A DNA stretch of 64,000 nucleotides. Source: Myxococcota bacterium (lineage in GTDB: Bacteria > Myxococcota_A > UBA9160 > UBA6930). This document shows positions 9,112 through 18,976 of this stretch, in pieces. The DNA lies in assembly GCA_965223415.1 (NCBI GenBank), contig OZ245002.1:704001-768000 (forward strand), in the 5' to 3' direction. Numbering within the stretch: the first letter of the stretch is position 1; each line of letters starts with the position of its first letter. The notes beneath the pieces are model-generated. The model did no database searches and was not told where the DNA came from. It saw only the letters and a list, made by a program, of their open reading frames with translations. The position numbers and the translations under genes were made by a program.

Positions 9112-11144
9112 ACAGCTTGCCGGCGGCGCCAGGTGAGGCCCGCCGCCAGAAGACACGCGACGCCGAGCCAGAGGAAGAGCGCCGACGATGTTCCTCCCTG
9201 GGGAAGCCGGGGGCCGCGGCGCGCGTGCTCCAGCGGGGGCGGCGGCGCCGCCGGCGCCCCCTCCCGGGCACGCAGCTCCCCGAAGACGTGCTCGTAGCTC
9301 CACCCCTTGGGCAGGTTCGTCGGCAGGGCGCGCAGGTCCGGTACCACGCCCAGGGGAGCCGTGGGGGTGACGTCGACGGCCACGAGGCTCGTGTGACGCG
9401 TCACCAGGTGGTGTCGCAGGCCGAGGGCGACCACGGCCTCGCGCACACGCTTCGGGTCCGCCTCGTCGTGCAGCGAGCCCGTGAGCGACGCGATCTTGCG
9501 CCGCGCCCAGAGGCGCGAGACGCCCGCACGGCCCACGCCTGCCTCGAGGCCGAGCTCCGCCTGCCAGGGCTCGCCGCCGCGCAGGCCCGCCACGCGGAAC
9601 CGGCCGGCGCCCGCCGGCAGGCGGGCCGCGACGACGACGGGCTCACCCAGGTAGAGATCCGGCACGCGAGAGGGCCAGGCCTCCGCGCCGTCCACGTCGA
9701 ACTCGAGCCGGATGTCCGTGAGGACCGGGCTCTCCAGCTTCGCGAAGAGCGCGTCCATCTTCTCCCGCACCTCGTGGATCTGCGAGATGGTCGTGGAGGT
9801 GCCGCGCCCCAGCTCCGCCGCGCGCGCCATGAAGTGGCCGTTGGGGGCAGAGCCGATGCCGACGGTGAAGAGCCGCGAGCGAATCTCGGCGAAGAGCCGG
9901 GCCTCGTTGCCGATCGCGCCGTCGGTGATGAACACCACCTGGCGCACGCGGGAGCCCTCCTCCGACGGGTCGAGCGCCACCTGCAGGGCCGGGAGCATCT
10001 CGGTTCCGCCCTGGGCCTGCAGCGATGCCACCCAGCGCTGCGCGTCGTCGACGTGAACCGGCTGGGCGTGGACCGCCCGCGGGAAGAGCCTGCGGGTGGA
10101 GGACGAGAAGGCGATCACGTTGAAGCGGTCCGCCGGGCGCAGGCGGGCCAGGGCCAGACCGAGGGCACGCCGGGCCTGCTCGATCGAGGCGCCGTGCATC
10201 GAGCCCGAGGTATCGATCACGAAGATCGTCTCCCGGGGCAGACTCGCTTGGTCGCCATGGGTCGGATCCGGCGGCATCACCATCAGCAACGCGTAGCGCT
10301 CGCCCTCCTTCTCCTCGTGGAAGAGCGCAGCGACCGGCGCATCGGCGGGCGCCGGCCGCCAGGTGAGCACGAAGTCCGAATCGGCGGGAACGCTCTGCTT
10401 CGCCAGCTCGACCGCGCGCCGGTGCCCGCCCAGCGGTCGGATGCGAACGGCGTGGGAAGGACTGTGGAGCCGCGCCAACGGCACGCCCGAATCCAGCTCC
10501 ACGCGGATGCGCACCGGGTTGATCGGCCCCTCCTGGGGGTGCCGCACGGGCGGCGTGATCCGGGCGGCATCCGGCACGTGGCCGCCGCCCGGCACGTAAC
10601 GCGGGCCCACGACCATCGGGAAACGTAGCGAGTAGCCGCCGGCGTCGAAGCGCAGGTCCTCCTGGTACTCGATGCCGATCCGCACCTCCTCCCCGGGCCC
10701 GATCCCCGTGACCGAGGTGGTGAAGAGGTTCGGCCGCTCCTGCTCGAGCAGCGACGCCTTGCGCCCTTCCTTCCGCGCCTTCCGGTAGGTGGCGCGCGCC
10801 TCCCCACGGGTGCGGATCTCGCCGACGATCAGCCGCCCGCCCACGACCAGCGCAAGCGTGTCCACCGCCGCCCGCTCCGGCAGCGGAAACACGTACACCC
10901 CCTCGACCCACCCGTCCCCGGGGTTCCGGAAGCGCTGCTCGACGGTCGTCCGCGCCACCATCCCGGTGACCTCGATCTGCACGTCGGTGACGACCGTCGG
11001 CGCGGGCCGCAACCCTTCGGCCGTCCGCAGCAAGAGCGTCCCGCACTTCGCATCCCCCGGCCTCATCCCTTGCTCCGGAACCTGCGCCGCCACACCCACC
11101 GGCAACACCAGCCCGACCAGAACCCAGGCCACCCGCATCACCAT
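9108..11144 (-). CDS. Sortase target protein: VIT + vWA domains with LPxTG-like C-terminal signal
   Basis: Signal peptide; VIT (EGVYVFPLPE, LLEQERPNLFTT); vWA MIDAS DTSGSM and FITDG; C-terminus LPQGGTSSALFLWLGVACLLAAGLTWRRRQAV; adjacent to the sortase. Confidence 0.92.
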   Translation of the reverse strand: MVMRVAWVLVGLVLPVGVAAQVPEQGMRPGDAKCGTLLLRTAEGLRPAPTVVTDVQIEVTGMVARTTVEQRFRNPGDGWVEGVYVFPLPERAAVDTLALVVGGRLIVGEIRTRGEARATYRKARKEGRKASLLEQERPNLFTTSVTGIGPGEEVRIGIEYQEDLRFDAGGYSLRFPMVVGPRYVPGGGHVPDAARITPPVRHPQEGPINPVRIRVELDSGVPLARLHSPSHAVRIRPLGGHRRAVELAKQSVPADSDFVLTWRPAPADAPVAALFHEEKEGERYALLMVMPPDPTHGDQASLPRETIFVIDTSGSMHGASIEQARRALGLALARLRPADRFNVIAFSSSTRRLFPRAVHAQPVHVDDAQRWVASLQAQGGTEMLPALQVALDPSEEGSRVRQVVFITDGAIGNEARLFAEIRSRLFTVGIGSAPNGHFMARAAELGRGTSTTISQIHEVREKMDALFAKLESPVLTDIRLEFDVDGAEAWPSRVPDLYLGEPVVVAARLPAGAGRFRVAGLRGGEPWQAELGLEAGVGRAGVSRLWARRKIASLTGSLHDEADPKRVREAVVALGLRHHLVTRHTSLVAVDVTPTAPLGVVPDLRALPTNLPKGWSYEHVFGELRAREGAPAAPPPPLEHARRGPRLPQGGTSSALFLWLGVACLLAAGLTWRRRQAV

Positions 11145-11314
11145 CACGCTCTCCCGCCAATGACCGTCCGTCCACCAGACGAGAACCCGCATGCGCAGCC
11201 ACGGTTCTGTGGTTAGGCGGCGCCGAGCCGACTGCCACATGTGTGCAAGCACACCGCCCCGCCACGCCTCCACCCAGACAACAGCGAACATCCGCTTCTT
11301 CGCACACCCCGGAC

Positions 11315-11347
11315 CGATCGCGGGGCGGCGGGTGGCCCCCGCGATCG
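11315..11347. terminator. GC-rich hairpin downstream of lysA (possible terminator or REP-like element)
   Basis: CGATCGCGGGG...CCCCGCGATCG 11-bp inverted repeat; no U-tract. Confidence 0.35.
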
Positions 11348-11383
11348 CGCCCTCGGCAAGCGAAGCGGAGCCCCGAAGAAGCT

Positions 11384-12643
11384 CTAGGAGTCCTCGACCA
11401 CCACTCGCTCCCCCCGGAGCAGATCCTCGACCGTCTGCCGAGCCCGCGCCAACCGCGCCTTGCCGTTCACCACCAGCACTTCGGCCGGCTGCGTCTTCGA
11501 GTTGTAGTTCGACGCCATCACGAAGCCGTAGGCTCCGGCCATCTCCAGGACCAGATACTCGCCGACCCGCGCCTCCGGCAGCCGCTCGTGGCGGACGTAG
11601 CCGCCCTCTTCCTGGGTGAAGATGTCGCCGCTCTCGCACAGCGGGCCGCCGACCACGACGTCCTGCATCGCCCGCGGCGCGGCGTCCGCCAGCACGACCG
11701 ACATGGGATGATAGGCGCCGTACATCACGGGACGCGCCAGGGTGTTGAAGCCCGCGTCCACCAGATAGAAGCGGTTGCCACCCATCTGCTTGACCGCACG
11801 GATCTCCGCAACGAGGAAGCCCGACTCGGCCACCAGGTAGCGGCCGGGCTCGATCTCGATCTTCACCGGGTGGCCGAACTTCGCCTCGAGGCGGCTCCGC
11901 GCCGCGTCCCACAAGGCGAAGTAGGCGGTTACGTCCATGCGCGGATCCTGCGGTCGATAGGGGACCGGAAGCCCGCCGCCGGCGCTGATCGTGCGCACGC
12001 TCGCACCGACGCGGCGGGCGAGCTCTTCCATGGCGCCGGCCACGAGCGCCAGGTGCTCCAGATCGGCGCCGGAGCCGATGTGGAGGTGCAGGCCCGATAC
12101 GATGAGCCGGTGGCGCGCCGCGAGCTCCAGTGCGTCGTCGAGCCCCTCGTGCCAGATGCCGTGCTTCGAGTGCTCACCGCCGGTGTTGGTCTTCTGGCTG
12201 TGCCCGTGGCCGAAGCCGGGATTGATGCGCAGGGTGATCTCACCGCCCGGCGCGCGCTCGCCGTACTGGCCGATCATGTCCGGCGAGCCGCAGTTCACGG
12301 GAATGCCGTGCTCGAGGACCAGCTCGAGGGCCTCCCGGTCGAAGATGTCGGCGGTGTAGACGATTGGCGCCGGATCGCCGCTCGGCCCGTATCCGGCAGC
12401 GAGCGCGCGATGGATCTCGCCGGCGCTGACCGCATCCACCAACACACCATGGCGCCGGCACAGGTCGAGCACGGCCAGGTTCGAGTTGGCCTTCTGGGCG
12501 TACCGGATGACGTCGAAGGGCGCGAGATCGGCGATGCGCTCGGCGATCACCGCCGCGTCGTAGACGTAGGTGGGGGTCCCGAAGTCGCGGACCAGATCGG
12601 CGACCGGGATCCCCGCGATCTCGCTCCGCAGGCGTTCGGACAT
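11384..12643 (-). CDS. lysA: Diaminopimelate decarboxylase
   Basis: FGTPTYVYD, RYAQKANSN (PLP Lys), HLHIGSG, SAGGG, IEPGRYLVA, GPLCESGD, GAYGFVMASNYNS. Confidence 0.96.
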   Translation of the reverse strand: MSERLRSEIAGIPVADLVRDFGTPTYVYDAAVIAERIADLAPFDVIRYAQKANSNLAVLDLCRRHGVLVDAVSAGEIHRALAAGYGPSGDPAPIVYTADIFDREALELVLEHGIPVNCGSPDMIGQYGERAPGGEITLRINPGFGHGHSQKTNTGGEHSKHGIWHEGLDDALELAARHRLIVSGLHLHIGSGADLEHLALVAGAMEELARRVGASVRTISAGGGLPVPYRPQDPRMDVTAYFALWDAARSRLEAKFGHPVKIEIEPGRYLVAESGFLVAEIRAVKQMGGNRFYLVDAGFNTLARPVMYGAYHPMSVVLADAAPRAMQDVVVGGPLCESGDIFTQEEGGYVRHERLPEARVGEYLVLEMAGAYGFVMASNYNSKTQPAEVLVVNGKARLARARQTVEDLLRGERVVVEDS

Positions 12644-12717
12644 GGCGTGGGAGTGTATCGGCTCGCGGCTCCGCCTTCTATTGGACGAGCGGCACCGGGG
12701 TTCGGTACCCAACGGGG

Positions 12718-13545
12718 GTGCAGCCCCGTCCGCCGAGCGAACCCTTCCTGGACCTGGCCGACCGCCTCCGGCGCGGCGACGACGTCCGGCTGGAAGACGT
12801 CGCTCTCGTCCTCGACGTCGACCAGAACCCGGACGTCGAGCCCGAACGCCAGCGCGAGATCCTCGACCACCTGGCGGAGCGGGCAGGCTGCCGCCTCGAA
12901 GCCCTGCGTGATCCGGGCGGGCGCATCCTCACCCTCGTCGATTTCCTCCATCGGGAGGAGCGCTTCCGGGGCAACAGCGAGCGCTACGACGATCCGCGCA
13001 ACAGCTACCTCCACGAGGTGCTCGCGCGACGCACCGGCATCCCCATCACCCTGTGCATCGTCACGATCGAGGTCGCGCGGCGGCTGGGCATCCCGATCCA
13101 CGGGCTCTCCTTCCCCGGCCACTTCCTGGCGCGGGCCACCGGCAACGTGGACTTGATCATCGACGCCTTCGCCGGCCGCACGCTCACCGACGACGAGTGC
13201 TGCGAGAAGCTCCGCCAGGCCGCCGGCGCCGGCGCGACCTTCGACCGGCGGACCCTACGCCCCGCCAGCCCGCGCGAGGTGCTGGTGCGCATGCTCGGCA
13301 ACCTGAAGCACGTGCACGTGGCCGCGGCCCGCTACGCCCGCGCCGCCGAGTGCTGCGAGCGCATGCTCCTGGCGGCGCCGGAGCTGATCGGCGAGCTGCG
13401 CGACCGGGGCCTCCTCCACGAGCAGCTGGAGCTGTACGGCGCCGCCCTCTCGGACTACGAGCAGTTCCTCGACCTGGCCGGCGGCGACGTCTCCGCCGAC
13501 AAGATCCGCGCCCGCCGCGACGCCCTACGCCAGCGCGTGCACTAG
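12718..13545 (+). CDS. SirB1/YchA-like transglutaminase-core + TPR protein
   Basis: FRGNSERYDDPRNSYLHEVLARRTGIPITL, GLSFPGHFL, RMLGNLK, ELRDRGL. Confidence 0.88.
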   Translation: MQPRPPSEPFLDLADRLRRGDDVRLEDVALVLDVDQNPDVEPERQREILDHLAERAGCRLEALRDPGGRILTLVDFLHREERFRGNSERYDDPRNSYLHEVLARRTGIPITLCIVTIEVARRLGIPIHGLSFPGHFLARATGNVDLIIDAFAGRTLTDDECCEKLRQAAGAGATFDRRTLRPASPREVLVRMLGNLKHVHVAAARYARAAECCERMLLAAPELIGELRDRGLLHEQLELYGAALSDYEQFLDLAGGDVSADKIRARRDALRQRVH

Positions 13546-13640
13546 TGAGACAAAGGGACGTTCCTGATTGTCTCACTCCTCCGTGCGCATTCGTCGGAAG
13601 ACTCGGAAGTGAGACAGTCAGGAACGTCCCTTTGTCTCAC
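13545..13640. repeat. REPIN/MITE-like palindromic element, copy A2
   Basis: 32-bp inverted arms with one G-T pair; spacer nearly identical to the copy at 8468. Confidence 0.9.
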
Positions 13641-15012
13641 CCAGCTCCGCGCCGTCGGGAATGCGAAGGGCCTCCCCCTCCGGCGCCTCCACCCGCGCCG
13701 CGCCCCGCACCACCACGCCGGCGCCGAAGGTCACGTCGCCGCGCACGACCAGCTCGCGACAGGCGCGCAGCGACGGCGCGCCCCCGGGAAAGCGCGCGTC
13801 GAGCTGGTCGACGCGCTTGAAGAAGGCCGGGTCGAGATCGATCAGCGCATCCTCGGGGCGGGCCCCGGGCGCGGGGACGATGCGGAAGTCGGGCGCCAGC
13901 TCGTAGGCGTCCGAACGCACGGCGAGGAGATCGTTCGTGGTCTTCACCGGAGCGAAGCGATGGGCCGGGACCCGCACGGCCTGGGCGCCCTCGAAGACCG
14001 ACAAGGCCGCCCCCATCGCCGTCTCGAGCTGGATCACCCGGGGCGAATCGGAGTCAGTGGGGTCGACGGGCTTCTCGTTCCGGATCATCGGCAGGCCGAG
14101 CACGCCGTCCCGGGCACGTAGGGCGTCGCGCAGGGCCGGCAGGTCGAGCCACAGGTTGTTCGTGTTGAAGAACCGGTAGAGGCCGATGTCCTCGAACTCG
14201 CCGAGCTCGTCCTCCGGACACTGGGCGATCTCGCGCAGCACGAGGCCGCCGGCCTTCTGTCGGGCCAGGTGGCCGCCCTTCCGATCCGCCACCGTCCGCT
14301 CCTTCACCTCCATGGCGAACGGCGCCCCGGACTCGGCGAACCAGCCCAACAGCTCGAGGTCGAGCACGGCGCCCAGGTTGTCAGCGTTCGAAACGAAGGC
14401 CGTGCGCATCCCCGCCTCGACCAGGGCGTCGAGGATGCCGGAGGTGAGCAGTGCCGTGTAGAGATCGCCGTGGCCGGGCGGACACCACTCGTGGCTCGGA
14501 TCCGCCGGCCACAGGGCCGGCGTGCGGTCGTCGGCGCGGATGCGGGGCACCTTGTGCTGGAGAAAGTCGGCGGGCAGGTCGCCCGCGAGACCCGGATGGC
14601 GGGCGAGCACGGCGAGCGAATCGTCGCGGGTGCGGAAGCTATTCATCAGGAGAAGCGGCACCGCGCAGGCGTGCTGCTCGCGCAGCCAGAGCACCTGCCG
14701 TGCGATCACGTCCAGGAAGGTGAGCTCTTCCTTCACCGGCAGCAGCGACTTGGCCCGGGTCATGCCCATCGACGTGCCGAGGCCGCCGTTCAACTTGAGC
14801 ACCACGGTGTGGGCCAGCGCGGTCTCCCCGGCGGCCCGGGTGTCGAGCTCCTCGGCGGCGGGAACGTCGTCGACCGGCTCGATCTCGGCGCGGGCGAGTG
14901 TGCCGCTGGCCCCGGCTTCGAGCTGCTCGAAGTAGTGGCGGAAGGTGCGGATCGCCAGCTCCGGCAGGCCTTCCGCCCGCATCTTCTGCGCGAAGGGCTC
15001 GAAGGCGGCCAT
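13618..15012 (-). CDS. UTP-glucose-1-phosphate uridylyltransferase, eukaryote/UgpA-like type
   Basis: VLKLNGGLGTSMG, AKSLL, LLMNSF, WCPPGHGD, FVSNADNLGA, FFNTNNLW, QLETAMG, RFAPVKTTNDLL; ATG 15012 overlaps M18 stop (TGATG). Confidence 0.93.
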   Translation of the reverse strand: MAAFEPFAQKMRAEGLPELAIRTFRHYFEQLEAGASGTLARAEIEPVDDVPAAEELDTRAAGETALAHTVVLKLNGGLGTSMGMTRAKSLLPVKEELTFLDVIARQVLWLREQHACAVPLLLMNSFRTRDDSLAVLARHPGLAGDLPADFLQHKVPRIRADDRTPALWPADPSHEWCPPGHGDLYTALLTSGILDALVEAGMRTAFVSNADNLGAVLDLELLGWFAESGAPFAMEVKERTVADRKGGHLARQKAGGLVLREIAQCPEDELGEFEDIGLYRFFNTNNLWLDLPALRDALRARDGVLGLPMIRNEKPVDPTDSDSPRVIQLETAMGAALSVFEGAQAVRVPAHRFAPVKTTNDLLAVRSDAYELAPDFRIVPAPGARPEDALIDLDPAFFKRVDQLDARFPGGAPSLRACRELVVRGDVTFGAGVVVRGAARVEAPEGEALRIPDGAELGETKGRS

Positions 15013-16325
15013 CAACCGTCCAGCGCGCCACGGAAGAAGCTGGTGAGGACATCGATCATCGGGGCGACGTCCGCCCGTCCCGCCATCTCGCGGCAGGAGT
15101 GCATCGAGAGCATGGGGTTGCCCACGTCGACGGTGCGGATCCCCACCCGAGCCGCCGAGATGGGCCCGATGGTGGAGCCGCAGCGCAGGTCGTTGCGGGT
15201 GACGAAGTGCTGGGGCTCGACGCCGGCCTGGCGACACAGGCTGGTGAAGAGCCCGACGGTGGCGGCGTCGCTGGCGTAGGACTGTCCCGCGTTCACCTTC
15301 ACGACGGGCCCTCCGCCCAGCACCGGCCGGTGCCCGGGCTCGTGACGGTCGGCGTAGTTCGGGTTTACCGCGTGGGCCATGTCCGCCGAGATCAGGGTCG
15401 AGCGCGCCGCCGCCCGGGCCAGCCCCTGGGCCTCGGGCTTCTCGAAGCCGCTGGTGATGCGCTCGAGGGCGTCGGAGAGGAAGGTCCCGCCGGCCCCCTG
15501 CGCACTGCGGCTGCCCACCTCCTCGTGGTCGTAGAGAACGACCATCCGCGTGGCGGCGGGAAGCGGCGCAGCACCGGCCCCGAGCAGCGCGGTGAGGCCG
15601 GCGTGGCAGGACGCCAGGTTGTCGAGGCGCGGCGCCACCACGAACTCGCCACCACTCCCGACGAAGGCGGACGGCTGGCAATCGGCGGTCATCAGATCCC
15701 AGCCGCGCAGGTCTTCCGGCGCCACGTCCCCCTCGCCCTGCCGGGCGAGCTCCCGGACGACGAGCTCCGCCAGCTCCGGCGCGCCTTCGAGCCCCACCAC
15801 CGGCACGGTGTGCTTCTGCTCGTCGACCTTGAAGCCGTCCCGCCGCAGCTCCCGATAGAGATGGATGGCCAGGTTCGGAATGCGGAGGAGGGGGCGATCG
15901 AAGTCCACGAGGGCCGAGTGGAGGCGCCCCTCCCGCTCGAAGCTCACCCGGCCCGCCAGGGAGAGGTCCCGGTCGAGCCAGGTATGAAGCAGCACGCCGC
16001 CGTAGGGCTCCACGGCGAGCTGCCGGTAGCCCTCCCGGCTCACGTCGGGAAGCGGCTTGATGCGAAGGTTCGGGGAGTCGGTATGGGCCCCCACGATCCG
16101 AAAGCCGCCCTCGGCCGGCGAGACCTCACCGATCTGGAAGGCCAGGAGCGAGCCGTCTCCGCGCACCACCGTGCGCGCGTCGCCCGGGCCCAGGCGCCAG
16201 GCCTCGGCCTCGTCGAGGGGCTCGAAGCCCACCGCCTCGAGCCGGCGGAGGCTCTCGGCGACGGCGTGGTAGGGCGTGGGGGAACGGTCGATGAAGGCCA
16301 GCAGATCGGCCGCGGCATCGGTCAT
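15012..16325 (-). CDS. apeB: M18 family (aspartyl) aminopeptidase
   Basis: SPTPYHAV, GAHTDSP, YGGVLLHTWLDRDL, RLDNLASC, DHEEVGS, SADMAHAVNPNY, CGSTIGP, SMHSCRE. Confidence 0.93.
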   Translation of the reverse strand: MTDAAADLLAFIDRSPTPYHAVAESLRRLEAVGFEPLDEAEAWRLGPGDARTVVRGDGSLLAFQIGEVSPAEGGFRIVGAHTDSPNLRIKPLPDVSREGYRQLAVEPYGGVLLHTWLDRDLSLAGRVSFEREGRLHSALVDFDRPLLRIPNLAIHLYRELRRDGFKVDEQKHTVPVVGLEGAPELAELVVRELARQGEGDVAPEDLRGWDLMTADCQPSAFVGSGGEFVVAPRLDNLASCHAGLTALLGAGAAPLPAATRMVVLYDHEEVGSRSAQGAGGTFLSDALERITSGFEKPEAQGLARAAARSTLISADMAHAVNPNYADRHEPGHRPVLGGGPVVKVNAGQSYASDAATVGLFTSLCRQAGVEPQHFVTRNDLRCGSTIGPISAARVGIRTVDVGNPMLSMHSCREMAGRADVAPMIDVLTSFFRGALDG

Positions 16326-16459
16326 GGCCCGCAGGATACGCCCCCGGGGCGCTTCGGCACGCCCGGGACGTGACCGGAGGTCGGCGGCGAGGGCGACAGA
16401 ATGTGAGCGGCGTCACCCCTGCACTCCAGCACCTCTCCTAGGCTGGCGATTCCTCCACC

Positions 16460-18088
<1,629 letters not shown>

Positions 18089-18280
18089 CACCACCCGGCC
18101 TGCACCGGTTCGTCACGATCTCGCCTCGGGACGGCCCGGACGGCGACCGCCCCCCGCCACCCCGGCAGCCGAAGCTCCGGGAACTCCCGGTGCCTGGGCC
18201 GTTTCCAGACCGGGGAGCGCTCCCCACTGCGGCGGTCAAGCCGGAGGCGGCGGACGCCGAACCGAGATCCGGAGGTCCCC

Positions 18281-18976
18281 ATGGCGCGCATCCTGGTCGT
18301 CGACGACGACGAGCACATCCGCGACATCGTCCGCTTCGCCCTCGAGAGCGTCGGCCACCAGGTCACCGAGGCGGCGGACGGGCGCGAGGCGCTGGAGCGC
18401 TTCTCGGCGGCGCCGGCGGAGCTGGTCGTCCTCGACGTGCTGATGCCCGAGCAGGACGGCCTCGAGGTGTGCCGGCAGCTCCGCGAGCGCAGCGAAGCGC
18501 CGATCCTGTTCCTCTCGAGCCGGGACGACGAGGTCGACCGGATCGTGGGGCTGGAGGTGGGAGGCGACGACTACGTCACCAAGCCCTTCAGCCCGCGGGA
18601 GCTGGTGGCGCGGGTGAAGGCCATGCTCCGGCGCACCCGCCCGCCGGTGCCCACTTCGGGGGACGCGGAACAGCTCGCCCACGGCCCCCTGGAGCTCGAC
18701 GTGGGCCGCCACGAGTGCCGCTTCGACGGGCGGGAGGTGGAGCTGACCGCCACCGAGTTCCTGGTGCTCCGTAGCCTGCTCGCGGCGCCGGAGCGGGTCT
18801 ACTCGCGCGCCGAGCTGGTCGAGCGGGCCTACGGCTACGGTCACCACATCACCGAGCGCACGGTGGACTCCCACGTGCGGCGGATCCGGGCGAAGTTCCG
18901 GCCCCTCGGCGCCGATCCCATCGAGACCGTGTACGGCGTCGGCTACCGCTGCCTGCGCCTCGAGGGGAGCGGGTGA
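18281..18976 (+). CDS. OmpR/CreB-like response regulator
   Basis: ILVVDDD, LVVLDVLMP, DDYVTKPFSPREL, winged helix TVDSHVRRIRAK, ETVYGVGY; GGAGG SD. Confidence 0.95.
   Translation: MARILVVDDDEHIRDIVRFALESVGHQVTEAADGREALERFSAAPAELVVLDVLMPEQDGLEVCRQLRERSEAPILFLSSRDDEVDRIVGLEVGGDDYVTKPFSPRELVARVKAMLRRTRPPVPTSGDAEQLAHGPLELDVGRHECRFDGREVELTATEFLVLRSLLAAPERVYSRAELVERAYGYGHHITERTVDSHVRRIRAKFRPLGADPIETVYGVGYRCLRLEGSG

Noticed and set aside
8468..13640. Repeat-spacer-repeat units of ~31/32/31 bp as mini CRISPR arrays
   Set aside because: The arms are inverted rather than direct, the spacer is conserved between copies, and there are no cas genes
18175..18250. Cobalamin-riboswitch-like words (GGGAA..CGGTG, CCACTG, AAGCCGGAG) upstream of the response regulator
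   Set aside because: The B12-box and other conserved spacings are not convincingly present and the downstream gene is atypical; an Infernal/Rfam search would be needed
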